Assembly: GCA_964429275.1 (NCBI GenBank)
Contig: CAYSBJ010000001.1
Coordinates: 124,001 to 188,000, forward strand
Reading direction: 5' to 3'
DNA length: 64,000 bases
From: an uncultured Pseudomonadota bacterium
GTDB lineage: Bacteria; Babelota; Babeliae; Babelales; JAUPTZ01
Under the pieces are notes generated by a model. It did no database searches and had not been told where the DNA came from. It saw nothing but the letters and a program-made list of their open reading frames with translations. Each line of letters starts with the position of its first letter. Position 1 is the first letter of the stretch. Shown in pieces: positions 29,785 through 41,000 of the stretch. A program made the position numbers and the translations under genes.

Positions 29785-30195
29785 CTAGAGTTTGGTAACG
29801 ATACAGCCAATAATGCTGAATGAGACTGCCCAATGAGCAATACTGATTAAATAGAGCTCAAGAGGGCGTTTTTCCCACAGCACGGGGCTAAAGAGAGTTG
29901 TTGCTACAAAGCCCAACCAGACAATCAGGCTGGTTTCAATCGCGCCGAGGCACGTTGCGGTACCAAGAGCTTTTAAGATATGTCGAAGGACTATTGTAAT
30001 GGTAGCCCCGGTAACTGCGGATCCTGCGATGTGGCCGCCATGCATTTTAATTGATGATGCCTTAATTTTGCACAAATCCATCCAGTGTTTGCCGAATGCG
30101 AATGGTGAATACCAGAACATGCCAATGGTCATGTGAGCAATAATCCCAAGAGTAAGCGCTGCAAGGCTTATTGAAAGAAATGGGATGCAAAACAT
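29785..30195 (-). CDS. DUF1761-like small membrane protein
   Basis: Four TM helices, IGMFWYSPFAFGKHW motif, AGGAG RBS before the ATG at 30195. Confidence 0.75.
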   Translation of the reverse strand: MFCIPFLSISLAALTLGIIAHMTIGMFWYSPFAFGKHWMDLCKIKASSIKMHGGHIAGSAVTGATITIVLRHILKALGTATCLGAIETSLIVWLGFVATTLFSPVLWEKRPLELYLISIAHWAVSFSIIGCIVTKL

Positions 30196-30347
30196 AAACA
30201 GTCTCCTGTGCGGGATGAATGGAACTTTCCTTTCAAATGGTGGCAAAACGACTTTTAAAAAGGCAAGAGTTTGGCCCTGGATTTGTTTTTTTCCTGATCT
30301 ACTGCTATTGTTTTACTATGTCTAAGTCCTTATTGGGGGTTGATTTT

Positions 30348-33110
30348 ATGATTAAAAAGTTCATTTTTGGGGTTTTTTTCGCCCTCTGTCAGGTTGCTGG
30401 TTTTCTTACTGCGTCTCCTGAGTTGATGCCTATGGGTTCAGTAACAGATGCTGACCGAGCGGTTCGTAAAGAGATCATTGATTCATTACGGGGTCGGATT
30501 TGCCAATATACTCTTGCTAACGGCATGACTGTTATTTGCATTCCTGCGACTAATACAAATTCTGTCACGGTGGGGGCATTTGTGCGGGTAGGGAGTATTC
30601 ATGAAGCACCAAATCAGTGGGGGTTGGCCCATATCCTAGAGCATATGGTTTTTAAAGAAACAAAAAACCGCCGTGAGGGTGACATTAATCGTTTGGCGGA
30701 GCATTTTGGTTGTAATTTTAATGCTCATACTACTTTTGACCATACTTATTACTATTTCAATACCGACGACAAGAATTGGCGGGTTTTTGCTGATGTAGTA
30801 GCTGATGCTACTCAGAATTTGATAGTTACGCCACAAGCCCTCAGTTCTGAGTTGGCTACGATTTGTCAGGAAATCAAACAAAGAGGACTTGATCTTGATG
30901 GTCTATCGTTGGACAAGTTTGTTCCTATGAACCATCCCTATGCCCATAGCCTTATTGGATATAAAGAACAGGTGCTTTCATATACTGCCCCAGAAGTAAT
31001 GGCGTTTTATGAACAGCATTATGTACCACAAAGAACGACTTTTTTTGTTTGTGGCAACGTTAATCCGAGTGATGTGATTGACTATGCTCAGAAGGCTTTT
31101 GCCGGCTTTACGCGTACTGCTGACGCTTTGAATGCTGATAGTCTTAAATCTAATCCTTTCTATGCGGGGTTCTCGGTGACACATAAGACCGTCTACCATA
31201 CCCAGCAGTATCGCATTGGAAATTGTGTTTGGCAGACGCCGGGGTCTGGGCAGCCTGAGTGGCTAGTTTTTTATTATATTGTAAATGCGCTTAATGTGCG
31301 TATGAAAAATAAGCTCGTTAATCAACTAGGTTATTGTTTTAATGCTGGAGCAAGCCTGGTCTCATTGCCGTCATTTGGTATGCTCTCTGTGCATTATGTT
31401 CCACGGCCTGATTTTTATTCTATAGATTTTGATGCGCTAATCGCCGATGAGCTTGCTGATATTGCTCAAAATGGATTGAGTGAGCCAGAGTTTTTCATGA
31501 TGTATCATGGTCAAACGGCTCAGCTTGTTGAATGTGCTGAGGATCCGACCGCATTGGTTTCTGCTTTGGCTGCACTGCCGCAAGTAACCGAAGACATTAC
31601 GAGTCAGTTTTTTGCTTTACAAGAAGCCTTGCTGCAAGTTCGGCAAGATATGGTAAGGCACGCGGCAGCTCAGTACTTGCGACCATTCTGCATGAATAAA
31701 TTGGAAGTGTTGCCATTGCCTACGGAAGAAATGAACGCCTGGAATGTGCTGCAAGTAAAGACCTCTTTGCATGAATCAGCGCTTTTGCAATCGCGGCAGC
31801 GTAGCGATAACCCACCGTCCTTTTCAAAAAATGATACTTCATGGTTGCCGGCGCGTATTGCATTAGATCCCATATCGGTTGGTACACACGAAACATTTAC
31901 TCTCCCTAATGGTATTCAAGTGTATTGGCAACGGGATGCGACGTCGCCACGGCGTGTGTGCTCGCTGGTCCTTAAAGACATTGAGTCGCTTATCCTCGCT
32001 TATAAAGCTTCGGGCAAGGCTTTTGCATGGGAGATTACACCGACACTTCTTTTGCAGGGGACTGAGCAATATTCCGCAAAAGAGTTGACTGATGCCTTCT
32101 TAAAGCACGGAGCTTCACTGGTTATATCACCGGGAGTTGTTAAGGCTTCAGCGCTTAAGAATCATTTCGAAGAAGGTATTCAGTTGATGCGCCATGTGCT
32201 TGAAAAGGCGTGCCTATCAGACGCGATGCTTGCACGGTATAAAGAGGAGCAGGTGCAAGGAATTGCGCTCAACCAAAATAGCCCAAGTCAGTGTCTTGAG
32301 GAGTATTTGACCAAGACATTGTACGCAGCATATCCATGGCGTTTCTCTCGGGAGCAGGTGATCAGTAATCTTCAGGCAGTGACTCGCGATGATATCGTGC
32401 AGTTGGTTGCGTTGATGCGTGATCCGTCGCGCATTGGCTTAGTGATGTGTGGTGATTTTGACAAAGAAGAGGCGTATTCTATTGCGCAGCGCCATTTTGG
32501 GTCCTGGAACCAGGCTGCTGAGTGTACTATTTCGCCAGTAACGATTCCGGAATTAGCGGTGCAGGCCGCCAGTGGGCACATTGAGTTGCCACTTGAGCAC
32601 TCGCAGATTATGTTTTTGCGCCCTTCATGCCCTCATGTCTCTCCAGATGCGGCACCTGTAGCTCTTCTGGGTTTGTATTTGAATAGGCTGCTTTTTGATT
32701 TGCGGGAGCGATCTGGGGTGTTTTATGCCGGCGGAGCGAAGGCTTCTGTCGGTTCTAAGTTGTTGCCAGGCCTTATCTATTTTGTAGTGAATGCGACAGC
32801 AGAAAACACTCCAATGATCATTGGTGAGGTTCAAAAGATAATTCAAAATCTTTTTGAAAATGGGATTTCGGAGTCAGTGTTTCTTGAGTTGAGGGGGGAG
32901 CGGGCACATACGCGTGGTACCTATTTTAATACAGCTGACACTGTTGCACAGGTTTTTACACGTGCGCTTTACGATGGACTGGCGTTAAATTTTGATGAGC
33001 TTTTTGATAAACAAGTTGACGCTGTTACGCTTGATCAGGTAAATAGTGTTGCTCGCAAGTATTTTGATCCTGCCGCATGGTCTTGCATCACAATTGGGCG
33101 TTCTCATTAA
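30348..33110 (+). CDS. M16 (pitrilysin/PqqL-like) zinc peptidase, copy 1
   Basis: Signal peptide, GLAHILEHM (HxxEH), NAHT, downstream Glu ligand, C-terminal LRERSGVFY. Confidence 0.88.
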   Translation: MIKKFIFGVFFALCQVAGFLTASPELMPMGSVTDADRAVRKEIIDSLRGRICQYTLANGMTVICIPATNTNSVTVGAFVRVGSIHEAPNQWGLAHILEHMVFKETKNRREGDINRLAEHFGCNFNAHTTFDHTYYYFNTDDKNWRVFADVVADATQNLIVTPQALSSELATICQEIKQRGLDLDGLSLDKFVPMNHPYAHSLIGYKEQVLSYTAPEVMAFYEQHYVPQRTTFFVCGNVNPSDVIDYAQKAFAGFTRTADALNADSLKSNPFYAGFSVTHKTVYHTQQYRIGNCVWQTPGSGQPEWLVFYYIVNALNVRMKNKLVNQLGYCFNAGASLVSLPSFGMLSVHYVPRPDFYSIDFDALIADELADIAQNGLSEPEFFMMYHGQTAQLVECAEDPTALVSALAALPQVTEDITSQFFALQEALLQVRQDMVRHAAAQYLRPFCMNKLEVLPLPTEEMNAWNVLQVKTSLHESALLQSRQRSDNPPSFSKNDTSWLPARIALDPISVGTHETFTLPNGIQVYWQRDATSPRRVCSLVLKDIESLILAYKASGKAFAWEITPTLLLQGTEQYSAKELTDAFLKHGASLVISPGVVKASALKNHFEEGIQLMRHVLEKACLSDAMLARYKEEQVQGIALNQNSPSQCLEEYLTKTLYAAYPWRFSREQVISNLQAVTRDDIVQLVALMRDPSRIGLVMCGDFDKEEAYSIAQRHFGSWNQAAECTISPVTIPELAVQAASGHIELPLEHSQIMFLRPSCPHVSPDAAPVALLGLYLNRLLFDLRERSGVFYAGGAKASVGSKLLPGLIYFVVNATAENTPMIIGEVQKIIQNLFENGISESVFLELRGERAHTRGTYFNTADTVAQVFTRALYDGLALNFDELFDKQVDAVTLDQVNSVARKYFDPAAWSCITIGRSH

Positions 33111-33119
33111 TAAGTAAGG

Positions 33120-35900
33120 ATGATGTATATGATGAAGAAGCTATTAGGGCTTGGATTCCTTTTTGCCTGTATGGGTACCGTAGTTATTGCTGTTACCGAT
33201 GCTGATCGCGCAGCGAGGCAAGCGATTCTTCAATCAATACGAAATCGCGTATATATCCAGACGCTGCCAAACGGCATGACGGTTATTTGCTACTGCACAC
33301 CAAATACTAATAAAGTTGCCGTTGGCGCCTTGGTTGGTGTTGGTTGCCGTCATGAACAAGCTGATGAGTGGGGCATTGCACATATTCTTGAGCACATGTG
33401 GTTTAAGGGAACACCAAGCCGTCCTGAAGGATTTCAAGACTCATTGTTTAAGCGCCATGGCATAGTTTTTGGCCGTGATGCGAATGCGCATACGTGGTAT
33501 GACCATACTTACTATTATACGATTAGCGACACTGAAAACTGGCGAGTTTTTGGTGATGTCTATGTTGACTGCCTACAAAATTTAGCGCTAACTCCTGCTT
33601 CACTCACATCTGAACTTGGTGCCGTTTCACAAGAGGTGAAATTGTCTGCCTACGACCAAGCCACTCTCGATTTTATGGATTTCTTGCCGTTTAACCATCC
33701 ATACAGCCATAGCGGAATTGGGTATAAAGAAGAAATTTTTACCTACACCCCAGAGCAAGTCCGCCAGTTTTATGAGAAGTACTATACGCCTGATCGGATA
33801 ACCTTTATGGTGTGTGGCAACGTGGATCCAGCTTCTGTCTTTAATTATGCGGCGACTGCATTTGCTGGTTTTAATCGTCCAAACACTGTTGTAGAAAAGC
33901 CTGCGGCTACGTCACTCCCTTTTTATGCGGGATTTTCAACAGTGACAAAAACGGTATATCATTCTCAACTCGATCGTATCTATAGCTATGTCTGGCTGGG
34001 CGCGCCACAAAATACGGTTGATGCGGCAGCTTTGGAATACATAGCTTTTGCGCTAGAACGTCGTCTCAGCCAAAATCTTGTTGATCAACAAGGCCACTGT
34101 CTTGCGGTGGAATGTAAAAACTATCCGTTTGATCATGTGGGTCAGTTTATGATTCGATTGAAGCCAAAAGCGAGCGCATACGCTCTTGATTATGACGCAA
34201 TTATTGCGGCTGAAATTGCCGATATTACGGCAAATGGTTTGCGTGATGATGAAATGGCAGCTATGTATCAGTATAGCTTAGATGATTTGACTGCCGCAGC
34301 AGAGAGTCCAACGGTATTAATCCGCCGACTGGCTTTCTCTGTGTGCATACATACTGATATTTTTACACAGTATTGCATGCAGGATGAGCTCTTGCAGCAG
34401 GTCTCTCCAGACGCTATCAAGAGTGCAGCTTATACTTATTTGCGCCCGATTTTGATGGGTAAAGAGATTAAGTTGCCAATTCCAGAATCGGAGCGAGCTG
34501 CATGGCAGGAGTTACAGAAAGCAGTTGTTGCTCATGACCAGGCATTGCTTGCAACCCGTACACGCACCGACGTTACATCAGCCATTACTGCTGGATTAGA
34601 GCTTCCAGAGCCTGAACCCCTGGCTGAGCGTCCAGCGCTCGAGTTTGTGCCGCTTATTCTTTCTAACGGTATGACGGTGTATTTTAGACAGGAACCAGTT
34701 TCCCCGCGATGTGCGTTTTCATTGTTGATTAATAATGATGAAGCAGTTGCTTTATCAGTGGATGCTAATCGAAAAGCTTTTGCTAAAGGTAATTGGGATG
34801 CGTTGTTGCTCCATGGTACCGATACGTATTCTAAAAAAGAATTTGATGATTTATGTGACTCACTTGGTATAAAAATTGCTGGCATACAGTCCTATAGTCC
34901 GCAGAAGCCATACTCTGTTACTGGGTTGGGACTTGTTTCATTGGGGTACCATTTTGAAGAAGGATTGCGGCTTTTACGTCTTGCGCTTGATAAACCTCGG
35001 CTGCCCGAAGAGATCTTAGCCCGCAAAAAGGCTGAAGCGGTTGAGGTAATAATCCAATCGAAAAATGATCTCAACTACCAATTGAATCAATATTTGACGC
35101 GGACATTATATAAAGATTGTGCATGGAAATTTGGTGAGCAAGATACGCTTAACAATATTGCTGCAACAACAATGGACGATATCAAAGCTATGATTTCCCT
35201 ACTGCGCGATCCATCCAAAGTGGTAGGGGTTATGACTGGCAATTTTGATATCACTAAAGCACAGATGTTGGCAGAAAAGTATTTTGGTTCTCTTGTAGAT
35301 AAGTCTCCAATTACAGTGAACCCTATTCATGTCCCCAACCTTGATGCGGTAGTAAGCGGTCATGTAGAAGTGGCTAACGAGCAGTGTTATGTTTTTGGTA
35401 CGCGAATAACTTGTGTTGATTCAGATGATACCCTGGCCCTTGAAGTTTTGGAGGGTTACTTTAAAAAAGCTGCTTGGAATATTCGTGAGCGAACAGGGCT
35501 GTTCTATGCAGGTGTTGGCGATATTGCGGCCGGTACCTCCTTGTTGCCTGGCAGAATTCGCCTTATCGCTATGGCGGTACCAGGAAACGTAGCTCCTATT
35601 TTGGTCGAGTTTCATCGCTTGGTTAGTTCAATTTATCAAAATGGCGTTGACGATCAAACAGTGCAAACCTTAAAAAACGAAGTGCTTCACTTGCGTAATA
35701 AATATACGCATACACCAAATTCGGTGGTGAATGTTGCCGCGGATGCAATTGAGTTTGGCAGGTCACTTGATTATGCCCGCCGGTTTGATGAACGTATTGC
35801 ACAGGTAACGACTGAGCAAGTTAATGCGGTTATTAAGAAGTATTTTGACCCATCAACTTGGTCTTTCATTACGGTTGGCCAGTTGCCGGCCGGCGCGTAA
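33120..35900 (+). CDS. M16 (pitrilysin/PqqL-like) zinc peptidase, copy 2
   Basis: Signal peptide, GIAHILEHMWFKGT, NAHT, IRERTGLFY; tandem paralog of copy 1. Confidence 0.88.
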   Translation: MMYMMKKLLGLGFLFACMGTVVIAVTDADRAARQAILQSIRNRVYIQTLPNGMTVICYCTPNTNKVAVGALVGVGCRHEQADEWGIAHILEHMWFKGTPSRPEGFQDSLFKRHGIVFGRDANAHTWYDHTYYYTISDTENWRVFGDVYVDCLQNLALTPASLTSELGAVSQEVKLSAYDQATLDFMDFLPFNHPYSHSGIGYKEEIFTYTPEQVRQFYEKYYTPDRITFMVCGNVDPASVFNYAATAFAGFNRPNTVVEKPAATSLPFYAGFSTVTKTVYHSQLDRIYSYVWLGAPQNTVDAAALEYIAFALERRLSQNLVDQQGHCLAVECKNYPFDHVGQFMIRLKPKASAYALDYDAIIAAEIADITANGLRDDEMAAMYQYSLDDLTAAAESPTVLIRRLAFSVCIHTDIFTQYCMQDELLQQVSPDAIKSAAYTYLRPILMGKEIKLPIPESERAAWQELQKAVVAHDQALLATRTRTDVTSAITAGLELPEPEPLAERPALEFVPLILSNGMTVYFRQEPVSPRCAFSLLINNDEAVALSVDANRKAFAKGNWDALLLHGTDTYSKKEFDDLCDSLGIKIAGIQSYSPQKPYSVTGLGLVSLGYHFEEGLRLLRLALDKPRLPEEILARKKAEAVEVIIQSKNDLNYQLNQYLTRTLYKDCAWKFGEQDTLNNIAATTMDDIKAMISLLRDPSKVVGVMTGNFDITKAQMLAEKYFGSLVDKSPITVNPIHVPNLDAVVSGHVEVANEQCYVFGTRITCVDSDDTLALEVLEGYFKKAAWNIRERTGLFYAGVGDIAAGTSLLPGRIRLIAMAVPGNVAPILVEFHRLVSSIYQNGVDDQTVQTLKNEVLHLRNKYTHTPNSVVNVAADAIEFGRSLDYARRFDERIAQVTTEQVNAVIKKYFDPSTWSFITVGQLPAGA

Positions 35901-36039
35901 AGTTTCAACTTTGACCAAAAACACCGCAGAGCAATCCTGCGTTGCGTGCAACATTCTGTCGAGCAGCCGTAAACCATTGTTCAGCATTTTTTTCTGAGAA
36001 AATATTTAGCGACTGCTCAATCGGTTGCGCTAACAGTTA

Positions 36040-37389
36040 TTATGCCTGAACTGTTGCGCCGATGCCGATACTCCATGCGCCTTTTTGGGTGCCGAGAACA
36101 GTATAACTGCCAGTGAGGTATGAGGAAGCCTCGCCCCAATTTTGGCGGCGTCTCCAACCTGCCGTAGCATGGACCTGATGGTTGTTAATTGTTGATTGTG
36201 TGAGTGTTGCGAGTGGTGCTGTCTCGCTATACTCGCTGCCGCTCATAATGTGCCAATAGCCGAGTGATCCATGGAATGGAATGGTGGCGTAATTAAGAGT
36301 GATTCCTTTGCATTGAGTATTACCTGGGCGAATTTCTGTTTTTATTTCGGTTGGGTAGAGCTTTTGTTTTAAGTGTTGCACAATCAATTCATTGCTACTG
36401 ATGCCATCTAAGCTACCGGGAACTCCTTCTTCGATGGCTCCCAGTGATGTTGCAGGGCTCAGCGCAAAACGATTTTCTAGGCTGTTTTTATAATAAACCT
36501 GAGTAAATTGACCGCGAATAGAAAGTTTCTGAGTTACGTAGAGTTGTGCTTGAAAGTGTCCTCCTAGGCCGAGATGTCCGCTATTGCCAAGCGGAGTACA
36601 GAGCATAATATCTCGGGCTCGATTAATGAGGCGAATGGCTAATTCATGGCCGCCTTCGAGTGGTGGTATATCTTCGTTTACATTCACTGTCTTGCGATTA
36701 GCAAGGCTCCCAACAGGGATGGTAGTATACAGTCCAACTGCGCAAGAAAATCGGTTGTGAAGGGGAATGCGATAACGTATCTGCAAGTGAATGTCACCAA
36801 GTCCAACGTTGGTACTTGTTGCGTGCCATAGCGTTAAGCGGTGCTGCGGCTCTTGTGGAGCGTGAATGTCTTGGCTGGCATTTCTGGTTGGTGATGAGCT
36901 GTAATGGTGCAATGTTTTAAAGTATTCATTACGGTCGTCACTTTTTAACCAAAAATTACGTTCCCGGGCACCGATCCACAATTGCCATCCAATTTCCAAG
37001 CTATCTTGGCTCCATAGCTGACCAAAGTGTAAACCGCTTATGTGTTCTTGGATTTCTATTTTTTGTCCTGATTCAATAAATGGCTGCAAACTAGTTTCTT
37101 CAAATGCCGTAGGATCTACAAAATCCTGAAGGCTTGTTGCGTGTGGGGTGCGCGAGAAGAAGAAAGTTGCTGTTGCCGGAAACCCAGGGAGAGCATCAAG
37201 TGTCGGCTGCAGCGCAAATAAAGGATCCGTTTGATGATGGGGCGCGGTGCTATGCCAAACAGGAGCGGAAAGGCTATTAAGTAGCAATACGGTTTTTTGT
37301 TTCGCCGTGTATTCAAGAGGATATTGGGCATTCAGAGCAGGAAGAAATAATTGAAGTAAGAGAGCAAGACTACTAAATCGTATGTTCAT
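36040..37389 (-). CDS. Putative outer-membrane beta-barrel protein (lineage family, copy B)
   Basis: Signal peptide, GLGDI...IP...LGNSGHLGLG motif shared with 21775-23142, C-terminal beta strands. Confidence 0.55.
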   Translation of the reverse strand: MNIRFSSLALLLQLFLPALNAQYPLEYTAKQKTVLLLNSLSAPVWHSTAPHHQTDPLFALQPTLDALPGFPATATFFFSRTPHATSLQDFVDPTAFEETSLQPFIESGQKIEIQEHISGLHFGQLWSQDSLEIGWQLWIGARERNFWLKSDDRNEYFKTLHHYSSSPTRNASQDIHAPQEPQHRLTLWHATSTNVGLGDIHLQIRYRIPLHNRFSCAVGLYTTIPVGSLANRKTVNVNEDIPPLEGGHELAIRLINRARDIMLCTPLGNSGHLGLGGHFQAQLYVTQKLSIRGQFTQVYYKNSLENRFALSPATSLGAIEEGVPGSLDGISSNELIVQHLKQKLYPTEIKTEIRPGNTQCKGITLNYATIPFHGSLGYWHIMSGSEYSETAPLATLTQSTINNHQVHATAGWRRRQNWGEASSYLTGSYTVLGTQKGAWSIGIGATVQA

Positions 37390-37440
37390 AAAAATTCCTA
37401 TGGTATGCTGCCCGCGATTAAGAAATAAAAAGGTACTAGA

Positions 37441-38073
37441 ATGCAGGCTATTATTCAAGCAGTTATATTACGGAACGTACAGTCGGAGCCAATGGCTTTG
37501 TCGCTGTACACCCCTTTGTATGGGCGCTTGGTTGTTCAGGATATGCGACGGAAAAGGCAATGGCAAGAGGTAACAATAGGTGATATCTGTTATGTATCGT
37601 TGAGTGTACAAGGGACTCGATGGTTTTTACACGACCTTGAATCTGTGGTTACCCACCAGGAGTCAGCTGACATGAATGCCTTTTACTGGCGGTCGCATGT
37701 ACTTGATTTATTTTTTCATTATGTACCGTTGCAGCAACCAAGTAGCGAACTCTTTTCTTTACTGGTTCACATCTTACGCATTTCTTCAGCGCCGGACATA
37801 GTGTTTAAGCTCTTTGGACTGCATTTTTTCTCTCTTCTTGGGTATCATGTGCCGGAAGATTTGCGGTGGTATCGCCAAGTGCTTGCGGGGATTGAGCAAC
37901 ACCATGCTGAAAACAGCCAAAATCAAAATATGGCTTTTGATTTTGGCGCAACCCCTCTTCATGTCGCGGATGGCGTTGATCGTTGGTTGATGTCAATGGT
38001 TGTACAACACGATCATTTCCGCTACCTTAAAACACAGATTTTTTTAAACCAGCTTTATAGTACGGCAGGATAA
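37441..38073 (+). CDS. recO: DNA repair protein RecO-like
   Basis: N-terminal AVILR...LYTPLYGRL OB-fold pattern, helical middle (LFSLLVHIL, FFSLLGY), size 210 aa. Confidence 0.55.
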   Translation: MQAIIQAVILRNVQSEPMALSLYTPLYGRLVVQDMRRKRQWQEVTIGDICYVSLSVQGTRWFLHDLESVVTHQESADMNAFYWRSHVLDLFFHYVPLQQPSSELFSLLVHILRISSAPDIVFKLFGLHFFSLLGYHVPEDLRWYRQVLAGIEQHHAENSQNQNMAFDFGATPLHVADGVDRWLMSMVVQHDHFRYLKTQIFLNQLYSTAG

Positions 38074-38075
38074 TT

Positions 38076-41000
38076 ATGATGATTAAGAAATTTCTTCTTC
38101 TGGGCTTGTTTTGTGGCGCTTCCGCTCTGTATCCAATGAGTGATACTTTCCCGTTCAATTTAATAGGTTCTAGTAGCAAGGACATTAGTTTTGCGTTTCT
38201 TAAAAGTACTGAGCTTGTGCGGCAAAAAGAGTATGCCAATCGGCAAGAACAATTGAGCAAGCTTCAAGTCTACAAAGAAGAATTTCGTATACGCTCGGCT
38301 AATCTACAATCACAAGCGGTAGAGCGGGTTGAAGCTCTCAAGAAAAAAATGTTGCTTATGGGTGAGCACGCTACTGTTGATGACGATGTACGTATCTTGT
38401 TTATGGAGCGCGAAAAAACTGCGGTTATGCTTATTGAGACAACGGATCTTGTGCGCAAAGCTATTGACGAGTATGAGCAGTTGCTCAAAAAGTTTGTTGC
38501 GGTATTAAGTAATGATACGCAGGGGCCCGGCGATGGTCTCCATCAGCCTACCTGTTCTTGGTTGCAATTTAAAGAAGCAAAGAAGAAATTGAGTGAGGAA
38601 ACAGAAAAGCTTGCTAATCTTAAAGAGAAGCGTGGTTTGGTCATTCGTGAAGGGGTGCGTGCTAAGGACCAGGCCTCTCTTACTAGTAAGCAACTTGAGC
38701 AAGATTTGCTTGAGCTCGAGGCGCGGCGCGACGCAGCTGCTGATGCCAATCAGCGCGAGTATTTTACCACCTTGATTGGCTTGCAAAAGGCTTGGATTGA
38801 AGAATCAGGGCAGGTGCAGAAGCTTGAGCAAGACTATCATGTGCAGCGGGAAGCGCTCCACACGACTGAGTGTGCACTTCAGAAGTATCTTGTTTCTCAG
38901 CTTGAGCAGCGCTTGCCAGAGCTTCAAGAACGCATGGTTTTTGAGCAAACTGATGTAGCTTTTGCAGAGCAGGAATTGAAAAGCCAAAGAGCTGAAACAG
39001 CAGAGCAAAACGCACTTCTTGCAAGAGACTTTCGACGGCTTCGTCGAGAGAAAGAGTCTGTTTTGAGTCACAAACAGTCACTGGAAGTATTGAAGCTGAA
39101 AAATGAGGCGTATGAAGTGGAGCTCGAAAAAATAGAGCAGGAATTGAAGTTGCTCTATGAACAAGAGCTTTTTTTGGGCCATAGTAAGCACTTTATCGAG
39201 GAAAAAGTAGAGCAGAAAAAGCTCCAGCTGTTTATTGTGACGATGATGTATGATCGTGGGAATGATTTTTCTGGCGACGTCGTACCGCAAAAGATTAATA
39301 ACTGGTTTTCTGAAATTACTCAAACAAGCAAGCAAATAGATACCCACTTGGAACAATTGAATGATTATATTCAAGAAGGTATGTTGCGCAGCGATGATCA
39401 TCGTAAGTATAGTGAACAGATAGGTATGCGACTTCAGAGTAAATTAAGCCAGCAGGTCGGATACGCTTGCGAGGCATTGCATGACGTTGTTATGCGGTTG
39501 CGCGCAATAGATCAAGAGATTTTGGCGGTTAATAATCAGCACGTTGAGTTATGCCGGTCTATGAAAAGTGATGCTCTCTTTGCGCTTGATGAACTGGTGC
39601 GCGAGCAACGTGCAATCAATATTTGGCAGCGATCTCGTCGTGCCGTTTCTTATATACAGTTGAAGCAAGCCTGGACTGATATCCGCAATTTCACTCATAT
39701 TATGTATGATAAGACAGCGGCTTTATTCTCCCCTTTTGCTCTCTTGTACGCAGCATTTACGCAGCCATTAAGCTCGTACTTTCTGCTCTTTTATTTCATG
39801 ATTTTCTTGCTTCTTTTTGTAGCAGGAGCGCAGTTTTCAGTTAATTATTTGGGGCGTTATATTGATCGGCTTCTCTACATTTACCAAGGCAAGATTTGGG
39901 CGATTTATTTTACGGTAGTGCGTTCTTTTGTGCGATTTATAGAGCAATACAGTCGCGCTATTGCGGTGTGGATGTGTATTCGGTTGCACATGGCATTTCA
40001 CTGTGGATATTACATCTTTGCAGGGCTTACGCCGCTCTATGGGCCATATTTTGTTTCGTTGTTCTATGTATGCTCGATACCCTTTTTCCTCTATCTGGCT
40101 CGTCATTTAATGCGGGAAGTTAAGACGATTAACCAGCGAATGAGCTTTTTATTCTTTACCGAGACATTGCAAGAGAAGTTTCTTTTGTTGCTTTCTTCAG
40201 TTTTATACATCAGCGCAGTGTTGCTTCCGTTACGCCAGGTATTTTTGTGTAGCGTGGTGGTAGATATTTTTGAGCGCAGTTCTTCTTCGGTGCCAAACGT
40301 TATCTACGGTGCTTGGACGTTGGCTATTTCTATTGTTTTCTTGTTGTTCTTCAATAAGCAAGACGTACTGCGGCTTATTCCATTGCACGGGCGGTTGGGA
40401 AGTTTTATTAGTAGCGTCATCGGTAAATACTATTACCCGGTATTTATCTTTATTATGGGCTTTTTGATTCTTATTAATCCGTACGTCGGCTATTCAAATT
40501 TAGCGTTTTATTTGGCCGCCTGTGTGCCGTTGACAGTAGTAGTTGTATATGGCTTGCTTACGCTCCATGCTTCTATCCGTCACTATTCGATGGCTCTCTT
40601 TATTAAGGAAGAAGAAGGATCTGACGAAGAAGGCACTGACCGATTTGAGCACGCCAAAATGTACTATGGTGTCTTTATTTTACTGACATTCTTGGTTATG
40701 TGTACTCTTGGTTTTGTTGCCATTACCCATACCTGGGGATTTGATTATTCACTTGCGCAGTTGTGGCAAGGACTGAGCCATGACTGGGTTTTAACGATTG
40801 AAGGTACCGGCGTCCACATTGGCTTTGCTGGGCTCTTAACCCTGTCTTTGTTTGTTGTGTCTGGTTTTGTAATATCATCACTTTTCAACCGTTTTGTGCT
40901 GTCGCGATTATTTGATATTTTCCGCGTTGAGGCTGGTGCCCAAAATACAGCAACACGCATGATGCACTATACGATTATCTTTTTAGCCATTGTGCTTGGG

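Noticed and set aside
30219..30347. Upstream extensions of ORF-track calls (M16 copy 1, nusA, moxR, mlaF, thyX, gspC)
   Set aside because: Downstream starts fit RBS position, signal peptides and neighbouring genes better; coordinates were trimmed accordingly.
35961..36018. Hairpin gagcagccg...cgactgctc between convergent genes as a possible sRNA
   Set aside because: Short region most simply explained as 3'-end or terminator structure.
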